From: a virus
Taxonomy: Duplodnaviria; Caudoviricetes
DNA length: 64,000 nucleotides
Reading direction: 5' to 3' (one strand)
Virus record (IMG/VR): IMGVR_UViG_3300009692_000020
Location: 445-64,444 of that record
The notes under the pieces are model-generated. The model was given only the letters and a program-made list of their open reading frames with translations. It was not told where the DNA came from and did no database searches. This document shows, in pieces, positions 20,118 through 29,309 of this stretch. The position numbers and the translations under genes were made by a program. Positions within the stretch are counted from its first letter, which is position 1. Each line of letters opens with the position of its first letter.

Positions 20118-20507
20118 GTGATGAGCATAACAAAGAGAGGAAGTATTTTTCATATGAAAAAAGTCTTCATCATAGGAAGAATAACGGCAAATGAGCCAAT
20201 GAGATTCATTGACAATATTAAGAAGGGCATCAATATGGAAGCCTACTTAATAAGTCAAGGTTTTAATGTTTCTCATCATTTCTTAGATTTCAATTATCTT
20301 TTAAGTACGGAATATCCAGTGGACGTTAATATGTTAAGGCAGATTAGCTTAGATGATTTACGTCGGAGTAATGTTGCCTTTTGTTTGTTTGGTTGGGAAG
20401 GAAGTCCTAACTGTATTACTGAGCGAGATTTAGCAATCGAACTTAATAAACGAGTCTACTATGACGTTCAATCTTTAATTCACCATGAAAAGGATATGCC
20501 TTTCTAA
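20118..20507 (+). CDS. DUF4406-like protein (nucleoside deoxyribosyltransferase-like fold)
   Basis: KVFIIGRIT...DDLRRSNVAFCLFGWEGSPNCITERDLAIELNKRVYY. Confidence 0.65.
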   Translation: MMSITKRGSIFHMKKVFIIGRITANEPMRFIDNIKKGINMEAYLISQGFNVSHHFLDFNYLLSTEYPVDVNMLRQISLDDLRRSNVAFCLFGWEGSPNCITERDLAIELNKRVYYDVQSLIHHEKDMPF

Positions 20508-22771
20508 TGATATGGTATGATACAGAAACTTGTGGCTTACATGGTGTGGTGGTTCTAATCCAATACCAAGTGGATGATGAACCTATCAAACTTCATTCCG
20601 TATGGACTACACCTATACAAGAAACCTTATCCTTAATCGAAATGATGATGGATCATGAAGGCGGTCTTGTAGGATTCAATTTGGCTTTCGATCATTTCCA
20701 TCTATGCAAGATTTATAATATGCTATCACTATGGCATAACTACGATGATTATCCAATCGACATAATTGAAGACCTTGCTATGCTTGAACCTAAAGCTATG
20801 GATGGTGCTTGTTTGAAACCTAAACACTGTCTTGACCTTATGCTACACGCAAGGAAAGGTGAATATCAATCAACAATGGATAGGGAAGATATAAACATCA
20901 ATAGAGTACCTACCATGCTTGCCTACTCTTTAGCTGAGAAGTTAAATGAATTAATACCATTGAATCCCATTTATTTCATGCGAAGCAAGAACGGAGTACA
21001 ATGGCACGTACTGGATATAGAGGATGATGTAGACTTCAAAACTGTAACATTGAAATTCGCTCCGAGCAGTGCGTTAAAGGCTTTGGCAGTGGACATTGGA
21101 CTCGTGAATAAGAACGATGTTACTGTATATCAAGATGTGGAGGTCGAATCAAGACACAGACCTGTGGAATACGGTTACGCGCCTTATGCTTTAGCAGGTG
21201 TATGGAATGATCGTGGTGTATGGCAACAGACTTACCGCGGTCACTGGCTTAATACTTGGGTAGACAAAGTTAATGTACATATAACTCATTGGGGATATAA
21301 TCAGCAAGCAAGAGAGTATGCTAAAACAGATGTAGTATACACTAGGAAATTGTATGAGCACTTCATGAAGCAAGGCGATATGCACATGGATGACGATGAT
21401 TCAGTACTAGCTTGCATGGTTGGTTCAGTACGTTGGCATGGCTTCAAGGTTGATATTGAGAAGATGACCGAGTTGAAAGCTAAGGTACAGGCGATTGCTG
21501 AATCACTGCCTTTCGTAAATGCTCCTAAGAAAGTTCTGATGTACGTCACTGAACCTATGGATGAAACTGAGAAAGCCTTCATTGATTCAACTAAGAAGAC
21601 CATACTGGAAGATATAGCCAAATGGGAGAAGAACGATCCAAACTCATTTGAGCCAGTTATGATTCGTCATCCATCCGCATTGAGAGCAGAAGAAGTTCTC
21701 ATTTGTAGGCAAGCTATGAAGGAAGTCGAGTTGTATGATAAGCTACTTCAAGCAGGACGATTCTGTCCTAGCTTTAAAGTTATTGGGACACTTTCTACTC
21801 GTATGAGTGGTGCTGACGGTCTTAACCCCCAAGGCATAAAGCATGACAAATATGTTAGGGAGTGCTTCCCATTGAATTTCGATCCGCGACACTATACTCT
21901 ATGTGGTGGGGACTTTGATTCATTTGAGGTCGTACTGGCAGATGCAGAGTACAACGATCCGAACCTACACAAAGACCTACTGATTGGTAAATCTATTCAT
22001 GCACTATTCGGTCAGTACGTGTTTCTCGATAAATCATATGATGAAATACGTGCAGACAAAGCTATTTATACTAAATGTAAACAAGCAGTATTCGCCCTCC
22101 TATATGGTGGTGAAGCTGAAACATTAAAGGATCGACTTGGTGTCGATTTGGAGGTTGCTAATGAAGCGTATAGGCGATTTACGTCGGTGTACACTGAGGT
22201 TGGTAAAGCGAGGCGCAAAGTGTTCGATATGTTTTGTTCCATGCGTCAGCCAAATGGTCTTGGAACAAAAGTCGAATGGCATGAACCTGCAGACTATATC
22301 GAATCTCTCTTTGGTTTTAGGCGTTACTTCACACTCGAAAACAAAATCTGTAAAGCGCTTTTTGACCTTGCTGAAACACCACCTAAAGAGTGGACGCGTC
22401 TCAAGATTACAGTTACTCGTCGCGACAGAGAACAATCAGTTTCGGGCGCGGTTCGAAGTGCTTTGTTCGGAGCTGCGTTTGCAATTCAAGCAGGGGCTAT
22501 GCGAGCAGCTTGTAATCATAGGATACAGTCGAGTGGCGCACAAATCACTAAAAGGGTACAGCGACGCATATGGGACATGCAACCTGCAGGTATCGGCGAT
22601 TGGATCGTCGCACCTCTGAACATTCATGATGAAATATTAACACCGGTCAGAAACGATAAGGTTATGGGTGTTAAAGATATAGTCAATCAAACTGTGGAAT
22701 CTTTTAGACCTAGAGTTCCACTAATCAAAATGGAATGGAAGGTAGGATTAAAATCATGGGCGGAGAAGTAA
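20507..22771 (+). CDS. polA: Family A DNA polymerase with 3'-5' exonuclease
   Basis: YDTETCG; TLSTRMS; motif A DFDSFE; motif B KQAVFALLYG; NHRIQSSGA; motif C IHDEI. Confidence 0.92.
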   Translation: MIWYDTETCGLHGVVVLIQYQVDDEPIKLHSVWTTPIQETLSLIEMMMDHEGGLVGFNLAFDHFHLCKIYNMLSLWHNYDDYPIDIIEDLAMLEPKAMDGACLKPKHCLDLMLHARKGEYQSTMDREDININRVPTMLAYSLAEKLNELIPLNPIYFMRSKNGVQWHVLDIEDDVDFKTVTLKFAPSSALKALAVDIGLVNKNDVTVYQDVEVESRHRPVEYGYAPYALAGVWNDRGVWQQTYRGHWLNTWVDKVNVHITHWGYNQQAREYAKTDVVYTRKLYEHFMKQGDMHMDDDDSVLACMVGSVRWHGFKVDIEKMTELKAKVQAIAESLPFVNAPKKVLMYVTEPMDETEKAFIDSTKKTILEDIAKWEKNDPNSFEPVMIRHPSALRAEEVLICRQAMKEVELYDKLLQAGRFCPSFKVIGTLSTRMSGADGLNPQGIKHDKYVRECFPLNFDPRHYTLCGGDFDSFEVVLADAEYNDPNLHKDLLIGKSIHALFGQYVFLDKSYDEIRADKAIYTKCKQAVFALLYGGEAETLKDRLGVDLEVANEAYRRFTSVYTEVGKARRKVFDMFCSMRQPNGLGTKVEWHEPADYIESLFGFRRYFTLENKICKALFDLAETPPKEWTRLKITVTRRDREQSVSGAVRSALFGAAFAIQAGAMRAACNHRIQSSGAQITKRVQRRIWDMQPAGIGDWIVAPLNIHDEILTPVRNDKVMGVKDIVNQTVESFRPRVPLIKMEWKVGLKSWAEK

Positions 22772-23094
22772 AGTCCCTACTGGGGCATATTCGGGAAGAC
22801 CTTCACGATAAAGTGAAGAACTTCCGTAATGTAGAAAACTATATTGCTAACAAGGAATTCGAATTAATCTTCGAGGAGTACAAAGACAAGGATAAGATTT
22901 TCAAATGGATAATGGAAGGCAAGATTGAGGAATTAAAAAATTGGCTTGAACATAATAAGAAGTTACTGCCACTCGATCTTTGGAATGTGGAAACCTTACG
23001 AAAGGAAGCCTCATCTCTAAAGATTCCTAACTACCTTATTATGAACAAAGGAACGTTGATAACAATCATAAAAAGGAGAAGGTCTAATGCATGA
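22735..23094 (+). CDS. Hypothetical protein
   Basis: ORF track; tight operon. Confidence 0.6.
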   Translation: MEGRIKIMGGEVKSLLGHIREDLHDKVKNFRNVENYIANKEFELIFEEYKDKDKIFKWIMEGKIEELKNWLEHNKKLLPLDLWNVETLRKEASSLKIPNYLIMNKGTLITIIKRRRSNA

Positions 23095-23443
23095 TAAGAC
23101 CAAGCAAGAATTGGCAGAGATGATTCTCAAATCATTTCAAGATCGAGTGAAGCCATCATTAATTGATGCGGAGATTGGAGATTTCGAGGTGCGTCCATCA
23201 ACAGTTGCCCGTAAAGAGAAACTTGTCGACGCCATCGAGTGGCTTGATTCCTTCATCTTAATGGAGGTTCGTGAATTCAATGAAGTGTATGCCTTGTGTC
23301 CTCCGGACAGATGGAAGCACTATAAGGTCTACAAACTCACTGACCTACCCGAAATGAAACTTCTCAAAGAAGCTAAATCGAAATTGAAAACCAAGTGGAC
23401 AAGTCGTCCTACTTGCATAAGGAGGACGTATGGATCAAATTAA
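23087..23443 (+). CDS. Hypothetical protein
   Basis: ORF track; tight operon. Confidence 0.6.
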   Translation: MHDKTKQELAEMILKSFQDRVKPSLIDAEIGDFEVRPSTVARKEKLVDAIEWLDSFILMEVREFNEVYALCPPDRWKHYKVYKLTDLPEMKLLKEAKSKLKTKWTSRPTCIRRTYGSN

Positions 23444-23789
23444 GCCGGGAACGAAAGTACACAGATTCAATTTGCCCTACACAGATTTGTGTATCTACGA
23501 GCAGGAAGATTTATCTCATAGGGCAACTCTTAACGGCGTACTATTGCCGGAGATATTTGCAAAGGATATAGATGTCGAAGATGTTAAGGCTTGTTGTTTG
23601 CAAATTCTTTTCAGCAAGTATGCTTATGTGTTGAAACTGATTGAGAAATCTGTAATAGGAGATAAAGATGCCAAAGGTAAATGCGAAAATGATCTCTGCA
23701 AAGGACATAAGCAGGACGCTATCGAAGTGCCGGTTCAATCCGAAGAAGGACATGGACATGAAACTGATAAGCGAGATGGGAAGTCTTGA
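23430..23789 (+). CDS. Hypothetical protein
   Basis: ORF track. Confidence 0.5.
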   Translation: MDQIKPGTKVHRFNLPYTDLCIYEQEDLSHRATLNGVLLPEIFAKDIDVEDVKACCLQILFSKYAYVLKLIEKSVIGDKDAKGKCENDLCKGHKQDAIEVPVQSEEGHGHETDKRDGKS

Positions 23790-23934
23790 GTTCTATACCC
23801 ATAGGATAATCGAGATAGCCAACCTCGTTAATATCGAGCGAATTCAAAAGGACTCTACTGGTATGTCTAAACATCTCGATGATATAATCAAGATGTCAGC
23901 CATAACAAAGTCATGGATGGATAAAGATGTTTAA
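23668..23934 (+). CDS. Hypothetical protein (start uncertain)
   Basis: ORF track; stop overlaps the VRR-NUC start. Confidence 0.4.
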   Translation: MPKVNAKMISAKDISRTLSKCRFNPKKDMDMKLISEMGSLEFYTHRIIEIANLVNIERIQKDSTGMSKHLDDIIKMSAITKSWMDKDV

Positions 23935-24280
23935 AGCTAAAGAATACGGCGAAAATAGTCCGGAGGCTAAAGTTCAGAAAGCCATCTCTGATTACATGAA
24001 GTGCCGTGATTGGTTTGTCAAGCCTACTCACGGCAATATGTATCAAGCCGGATTCCCCGATCTGTTTACTGCCCATCAAAAGTATGGTATACGATGGATA
24101 GAGGTCAAATTACCAAACATGAAAGGCAGTAGATTCACAAGCCAACAGTTGATTGACTTCCCTAAATTCTCAGCTGCCGGAGTGGGTATTTGGATACTTA
24201 CTGCGGGTACGGATGACGAGTATAGGAAACTGTTTGGCGCACCTAATTGGCATTGTTACTTGAGCATAATGAAACCATGA
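23927..24280 (+). CDS. VRR-NUC domain nuclease
   Basis: PEAKVQKAI, AGFPDL, WIEVK, FTSQQ. Confidence 0.85.
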   Translation: MFKAKEYGENSPEAKVQKAISDYMKCRDWFVKPTHGNMYQAGFPDLFTAHQKYGIRWIEVKLPNMKGSRFTSQQLIDFPKFSAAGVGIWILTAGTDDEYRKLFGAPNWHCYLSIMKP

Positions 24281-24783
24281 ATCTGATTAAACAACCTAAT
24301 CGAGCCAGTTGTCTTGCTACTGCCTTTGCTATGTGCATGGGCGTAGATGTAGAACACGTGTTTAAGATTTTAGGTCACGATGGCACTGAGATAGCTTTTA
24401 CCAACCTAGAAGTTCCTCGGTGCTATCGTGGCTTCCATTCTGCTGAATTGATTTGGTTAGCAAACTCAAGGGGTTTTACTGTGATGGAGTTGCCTAAGAG
24501 TTTGGATATAAGCCATGACATGAAAGATATTAAATCATTCAAGCCATTCTATAGTGTGAAGATGTACTTTGAGCATCATGACATTGTACTAACGAATGGT
24601 CATCATGCTATCGCTTGGGATTGGCGAAGCAAATCCATATATGATCCAATGGGGAAAATATATACGGATTTGGCAATCGATTACTTGTATAATGATTTTG
24701 ATATTTTCTATATCTTTGGTAGTAAATGCCAAACATCTTTGGAGTTGTTTGATTTACACATCAATGGGATGCACGAACATTGA
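24247..24783 (+). CDS. Papain-fold (C39-like) cysteine peptidase; likely start 24277
   Basis: KQPNRASCLATAFAM (Q...C), GHHAIAWD (His), IYDPMG (Asp). Confidence 0.65.
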   Translation: MALLLEHNETMNLIKQPNRASCLATAFAMCMGVDVEHVFKILGHDGTEIAFTNLEVPRCYRGFHSAELIWLANSRGFTVMELPKSLDISHDMKDIKSFKPFYSVKMYFEHHDIVLTNGHHAIAWDWRSKSIYDPMGKIYTDLAIDYLYNDFDIFYIFGSKCQTSLELFDLHINGMHEH

Positions 24784-24807
24784 TTATGATTATTGGATTC
24801 TTGAATC

Positions 24808-24963
24808 TTACAATTTTGTAATTCGTTGTAAAATGTAGTTACAATTTTGTAACTAATTATTTTTCAATTATTTTTGTTTTCCGCTTGTATATATTGAATA
24901 TAGCTTTATATTATATTATGTCGAAATATGGAAAAATTATAAAGGTTAATTACAATTTTGTAA
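24808..24963. promoter_or_regulatory. Three TTACAATTTTGTAA operator-like palindromes around a promoter
   Basis: Copies at 24808-24821, 24839-24852 (extends to 20 bp, 24836-24855) and 24950-24963; promoter-like tatattgaatatag near 24890. Confidence 0.7.
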
Positions 24964-25028
24964 CGAATTTTCGTTATACTAATGGAAGGTCGGAAACAAG
25001 ATTATGATTATCGTAAATCAAAATCAAA

Positions 25029-25358
25029 ATGAAAGGGATGATTCAAATGGCTAAGCTATTGACAATCAAGAACCGATTCAAGAATCACATGGTCAAGCCG
25101 ACAAACTCAGCACAGGAGAACGCTGATTTAGTTCCGCTTGAGGTCACCGAACACATGATTTGTAAGAAGGATGATTGGCGTGGATTATGGAACGCATACA
25201 ACCAACACCTATCTCCCATAATGGATTCCGAAGGAAAGCCAACAGGCAACTACGAAGATGATTTAACTGTGGTACTTCTCATGCACGTGATGGACATCAC
25301 ACCGGAGATGTACGAAAGCCTCTATGATTGCAACTTCATCGAACTGTTGGAGGAATAA
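25029..25358 (+). CDS. Hypothetical protein
   Basis: ORF track; first gene after the promoter. Confidence 0.65.
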   Translation: MKGMIQMAKLLTIKNRFKNHMVKPTNSAQENADLVPLEVTEHMICKKDDWRGLWNAYNQHLSPIMDSEGKPTGNYEDDLTVVLLMHVMDITPEMYESLYDCNFIELLEE

Positions 25359-25786
25359 TGAAAAGATTAGAAAAATGCGAATGTGGCAACGATGAACTGG
25401 AAGTCCTATCCGAGTATGATCATTACGAAGAGGACTCCATGACTCGTCAGTTGAAGTGTACCAAGTGCGAAAAGATATATGAGGAAACTTGGAAGCTCGA
25501 TTCAGTAATCGCAGTGCCTCCTAAGAAGTTCTATTTAATCACCGAACAGAATACACCAAATGAAAACGAAAACAGTTCACACGACGTGTTCTATATTACC
25601 AAAGCTATGGATTGCGGAGACGCCATTGAAAACTGGAGAGAATCAGTACACGACTACACTGAACTCGAAAGTCTTGGTAGCCTACCCAAAGTCGATGTTG
25701 GTGAGGCGATACTTGAGATTACGGGCGTTAAGGAGATTACAAAAGAGGAGTTCATAACTTATGGGAAGGTCTTTAAAACTATCTAA
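25328..25786 (+). CDS. Zn-ribbon-containing hypothetical protein
   Basis: CECG...CTKC. Confidence 0.6.
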   Translation: MQLHRTVGGIMKRLEKCECGNDELEVLSEYDHYEEDSMTRQLKCTKCEKIYEETWKLDSVIAVPPKKFYLITEQNTPNENENSSHDVFYITKAMDCGDAIENWRESVHDYTELESLGSLPKVDVGEAILEITGVKEITKEEFITYGKVFKTI

Positions 25787-26036
25787 AATGCCTTGGAATA
25801 TAGGCAAGTCAAAGAAACCAAAAATAGAAGAGAGGTGCGTAATGAACAAGGAAGTTATCAAGGTTAGTAATGCCCAAGGGCTTGCTAACGCTCGGCAGTG
25901 CATGATGGAAGCCATCAAGAATGGTGACCGCCCTATCGTGATTGAATTCATTGATGGGTATGATGGCAGTGATGTAGATGGTGCAATAAGACATGAACGG
26001 AATCCCTATGAAGGGTGTCCGGAGCAGTTCAAATGA
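25761..26036 (+). CDS. Hypothetical protein (likely start 25842)
   Basis: GAGGTGCGT precedes the ATG at 25842. Confidence 0.5.
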   Translation: MGRSLKLSKMPWNIGKSKKPKIEERCVMNKEVIKVSNAQGLANARQCMMEAIKNGDRPIVIEFIDGYDGSDVDGAIRHERNPYEGCPEQFK

Positions 26037-26281
26037 AATATTATTTAGTGTTTGAATCAATCGGACACAATAGAACTCTCACTTGGATTGTTAAATCCAA
26101 ACACACTACACCATTTCAAGCATGGTTTCATGAGAGTCTTGATGCTGATCCAACTCTTGGTGTTCAGAATGACCGTGATTTAGTAAGCCAAGATGACATC
26201 TTCGTATTCACGGAAGGCAAAGAGATTAGCGAAGAGGTCTTCAACTTCCTAAAGTCATTAGGAATAAGGAGTATTCAATGA
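26015..26281 (+). CDS. Hypothetical protein
   Basis: ORF track. Confidence 0.55.
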   Translation: MSGAVQMKYYLVFESIGHNRTLTWIVKSKHTTPFQAWFHESLDADPTLGVQNDRDLVSQDDIFVFTEGKEISEEVFNFLKSLGIRSIQ

Positions 26282-26463
26282 TTACTTCCAAGCATCTACA
26301 ACTAATAAGTCATCTCCGTAAGCATAAGAGCCACTATGGACATGATGGTCGATGCATAACTTGCTCAAATAATAATGCTCCGTATTTCACAATAAAGAGT
26401 AACAAGCAAGCTAAATACGTAAGGCAATCTATGCACTTTAAAACATTTTGGGGTGTAAAATGA
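26278..26463 (+). CDS. Hypothetical protein
   Basis: ORF track; ATGA overlap. Confidence 0.45.
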   Translation: MITSKHLQLISHLRKHKSHYGHDGRCITCSNNNAPYFTIKSNKQAKYVRQSMHFKTFWGVK

Positions 26464-26822
26464 TTAAAGACATTTATGTTGAATCAATTCCCAACTGCGA
26501 TATATGCGGTAAGAAGCCGGGAATATATGATGCCCGTATGAGTGGTCGATCCACTTGGGCAAACATGTGCGAAGATTGTATGACCTCACATGGCGATTGG
26601 ACAGTAGGTTCGAAGCGAATCATACAAGGTAAGCCAAGCATAATTAATAACTATTCAACAGTTAATGCCGTGGCTTGCGATTCCTTAGAAGAGATTGTGG
26701 AATCGGGAATACAAACGGTCATGTGTCCACTGTGCAAGATTAAGAAGCGCGTGGAAGCTGATGCGAATTACAGTTATCGTTGTAAATGTGGAGCGGAAGT
26801 AATAGTAAGTCCAAATTTTTAA
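26448..26822 (+). CDS. Double zinc-binding hypothetical protein
   Basis: CDIC...MCEDC and CPLC...CKC. Confidence 0.6.
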   Translation: MGCKMIKDIYVESIPNCDICGKKPGIYDARMSGRSTWANMCEDCMTSHGDWTVGSKRIIQGKPSIINNYSTVNAVACDSLEEIVESGIQTVMCPLCKIKKRVEADANYSYRCKCGAEVIVSPNF

Positions 26823-26845
26823 TAAAAAGGGGTGCGTAGTGAATT

Positions 26846-27508
26846 ATGGAAAGTACAAGCGTCGTTCAATCGGCAGAACAGTTGGCAGAGTCGCCTTCTG
26901 TATCTGGGCAGTGTGGCTCATCAGCTTCATCTCCTACATCGGATGGAGGATCTTTGGATAATAACGGAATATATGATTTGCTAATCATGGGAAAGCATGA
27001 ACAAATTATATTAGACCTCCTACCATTAGCTAAGAAGATTGGTAGGAAAACCAAAGATGAATATTCAGTGGCAGTGGAGTGTCTTGTGGAGTGCGTGAAT
27101 AAGTTAGAGGAACTTCCTCATCGAAACTATATCCAGTATATAGCGAAATGTATAAGGGGACGAGTTCAGACACACCGCGCCAATCTAAGTGTAGTACCTG
27201 TTCCACAGTGGTGGTATAGGATGCTCAAGAAACTCAATCGCGAAGAGGAATTGAAATACAAGTTCATTGATTATCAGAACTTCAATGAGAGTCCGGAGTT
27301 GGTCACGGAGTATATGTATTCCGACATAGCTGAGATTATCGAATCGAAGCTGAATAAGGTGGAGTTGCACGTATTACATGGTAAGGTATGTGGCTTCACT
27401 GATTCGGAAATCGGAGCAGAAATAAAAGTCAGCCAACAGTACATTCATCAAGTCAAGACAGAGTTGATGGAGAAACTTAGGCGAATATTGAGGGATATCG
27501 AATCATGA
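26846..27508 (+). CDS. Sigma-70-like transcription factor
   Basis: Region 2-like LPLAKKIGRK...YIAKCIRGRV; region 4 HTH GFTDSEIGAEIKVSQQYIHQVK. Confidence 0.65.
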   Translation: MESTSVVQSAEQLAESPSVSGQCGSSASSPTSDGGSLDNNGIYDLLIMGKHEQIILDLLPLAKKIGRKTKDEYSVAVECLVECVNKLEELPHRNYIQYIAKCIRGRVQTHRANLSVVPVPQWWYRMLKKLNREEELKYKFIDYQNFNESPELVTEYMYSDIAEIIESKLNKVELHVLHGKVCGFTDSEIGAEIKVSQQYIHQVKTELMEKLRRILRDIES

Positions 27509-27678
27509 GGAAAGTACCCTTCAAGGATTTACCAATCAATAGGCGGTTCTTCGATATAACGCAGAATGGTGATGAGTTCATCAAGATAAGTTGGACTCAC
27601 GCTCGAAGAATACGGGACGGAAAAGATATGGAGTTCTTAAAGAACGGTCAAATTTATATAAAAGGGAGTGTGTTATGA
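27505..27678 (+). CDS. 57 aa hypothetical protein
   Basis: Manual translation MRKVPFKDLPINRRFF...; ATGA overlaps on both sides. Confidence 0.55.
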   Translation: MRKVPFKDLPINRRFFDITQNGDEFIKISWTHARRIRDGKDMEFLKNGQIYIKGSVL

Positions 27679-27872
27679 GTGAAGGAATGGACAATCAGAT
27701 GATGGTAATGCCAGCGAAGGCATTAAAGGATCTTCGCAAGAAGAAGCAGGACAAGGTCGACGAACTGAAAGAGATGACCAACAGGGAAATCGCTGATACA
27801 GTTTGTATGACAAACCTTGAGAAGCAGATCGAAGTGATTGATGTATTCATTAAAAGGAGGGGAATAACATGA
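27675..27872 (+). CDS. Small coiled-coil hypothetical protein
   Basis: 3' part of track ORF 27591..27872. Confidence 0.55.
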   Translation: MSEGMDNQMMVMPAKALKDLRKKKQDKVDELKEMTNREIADTVCMTNLEKQIEVIDVFIKRRGIT

Positions 27873-28183
27873 GAGCCATACTAATCAATTCCAAAGAAAG
27901 AACTATTCGTGAAGTCCAAGTAAGTGATAAGAACTTCTTGGAGGATTGCTACAAGCACATCGGATGTAGTTTGATTGAGGTCGCTACTACTATCTCCGAA
28001 AGCACACTATGGGTTGATGAAGAAGGCTATTGCAAGAAGGTGGAGAGTACCTTCATGATAGTGGGTTGTCCTCAGCCATTCGCCGGTAATGGACTCTTTG
28101 TGGGTTACGATGCCGAGAAGGACGAGAACAAGGACACTGATTTGACAATCGCTGATGTAATAGATATAGTTAGGTGGATGTGA
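27869..28183 (+). CDS. DUF3846-like protein
   Basis: IGCSLIE...LWVDEEG...PQPFAGNGLFVG. Confidence 0.7.
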   Translation: MRAILINSKERTIREVQVSDKNFLEDCYKHIGCSLIEVATTISESTLWVDEEGYCKKVESTFMIVGCPQPFAGNGLFVGYDAEKDENKDTDLTIADVIDIVRWM

Positions 28184-28557
28184 CGACATTAATACAACAT
28201 CTCGATAACTACATCGAAATAGAGCGCAAGACGTGTAAGATGTCCCGAACTGCTATGGGCAGATGGGAAGCGTATACGGAATTGCGAGAATGGATTGAAA
28301 AACATAAGGAGAAAATGAATATGCTAATATGTGCAGAATGTGGACATGAGTTGCAGTGCATCAAGACAGGCATGAATGTATTCGTAGACCGATTCACTAC
28401 ATATCGCGGTGATTTGTTTCAGTGTCCGGTATGCAAGTACAAGATGGCAAAGGCAAATGATAATAACGAATATCATAATCCTCCTGTAAACATTGAGGAT
28501 AACGATATTATTCACAAACAGGCAAGAGATGCCATGAGGGAGCAAACTAATCGATGA
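28174..28557 (+). CDS. Zn-finger hypothetical protein
   Basis: CAECGHELQC...CPVC. Confidence 0.55.
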   Translation: MDVTTLIQHLDNYIEIERKTCKMSRTAMGRWEAYTELREWIEKHKEKMNMLICAECGHELQCIKTGMNVFVDRFTTYRGDLFQCPVCKYKMAKANDNNEYHNPPVNIEDNDIIHKQARDAMREQTNR

Positions 28558-28796
28558 AGATGGATTGCAAAATCAGTAGTGATGGCTTTCTATTCATTAA
28601 GAGAGCCGGAACATTTAAAAAGCAAGCCTGTCCTTATGATAAGGATGGCGGATGTTGTGGTGATTGGTGTCCTCTATTCTTAGAGCCACATGAATCACCC
28701 AATACGGGCAGAGTACAGTTAAGTCTGTGCCATGCCGAAATAATATGTGACGATTTCAAAGATGAAAGGATCAAAACAGATGTCAAAGAAGGGTAG
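28554..28796 (+). CDS. Cys-rich hypothetical protein
   Basis: CPY...CCGDWCPLF. Confidence 0.6.
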   Translation: MKMDCKISSDGFLFIKRAGTFKKQACPYDKDGGCCGDWCPLFLEPHESPNTGRVQLSLCHAEIICDDFKDERIKTDVKEG

Positions 28797-29055
28797 AATG
28801 GTAAGACACTGGCACAACGATGGTCAGCCTATGGTATTCAACGAAGCAAACATAGGTCGTAACTCATTGTGTCCATGTGGTTCGGGCAAGAAGTACAAGA
28901 AATGCAGGATGGTTTCGAGTGATTGCCAAATCTGTAAGACTTGTGGAGAGAAGATGAAACTCTATGTAAGAAAAGGTGAAATGGGCGACATCTACATCTA
29001 CAAGTGCGAACCATGCATGAAGAAGCAAGCATTAATTGGGAGTCTGAAACCATGA
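28747..29055 (+). CDS. SEC-C motif protein
   Basis: [18 protein letters not shown]. Confidence 0.8.
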   Translation: MTISKMKGSKQMSKKGRMVRHWHNDGQPMVFNEANIGRNSLCPCGSGKKYKKCRMVSSDCQICKTCGEKMKLYVRKGEMGDIYIYKCEPCMKKQALIGSLKP

Positions 29056-29309
29056 TGCTATTCGAATTCGATGCGGTAACTTGGAATGGCGACGTGTATT
29101 GTATTGGTTGTCTGCCTAAGAATGTGGACATCGATGACGAATCAGTTACTCCTATATATGCACAAGATGAAGTTGATGAAATACAGGTTTGTTGTGAGTG
29201 CGGGTGCGAACACGATTACATGAGTGTGCGTATACGAGACGAGGGTGATATACTCGATCAACTTGAACAAGAGAATTTACCAATACAGGAGGACGATTCA
29301 AATGGCTGA
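29004..29309 (+). CDS. Hypothetical zinc-binding protein
   Basis: YCIGC...CCECG. Confidence 0.5.
   Translation: MRTMHEEASINWESETMMLFEFDAVTWNGDVYCIGCLPKNVDIDDESVTPIYAQDEVDEIQVCCECGCEHDYMSVRIRDEGDILDQLEQENLPIQEDDSNG

Noticed and set aside
20507-22771. Z-genome (DpoZ/PurZ) system
   Set aside because: No PurZ, DatZ or MazZ-like ORF was recognised
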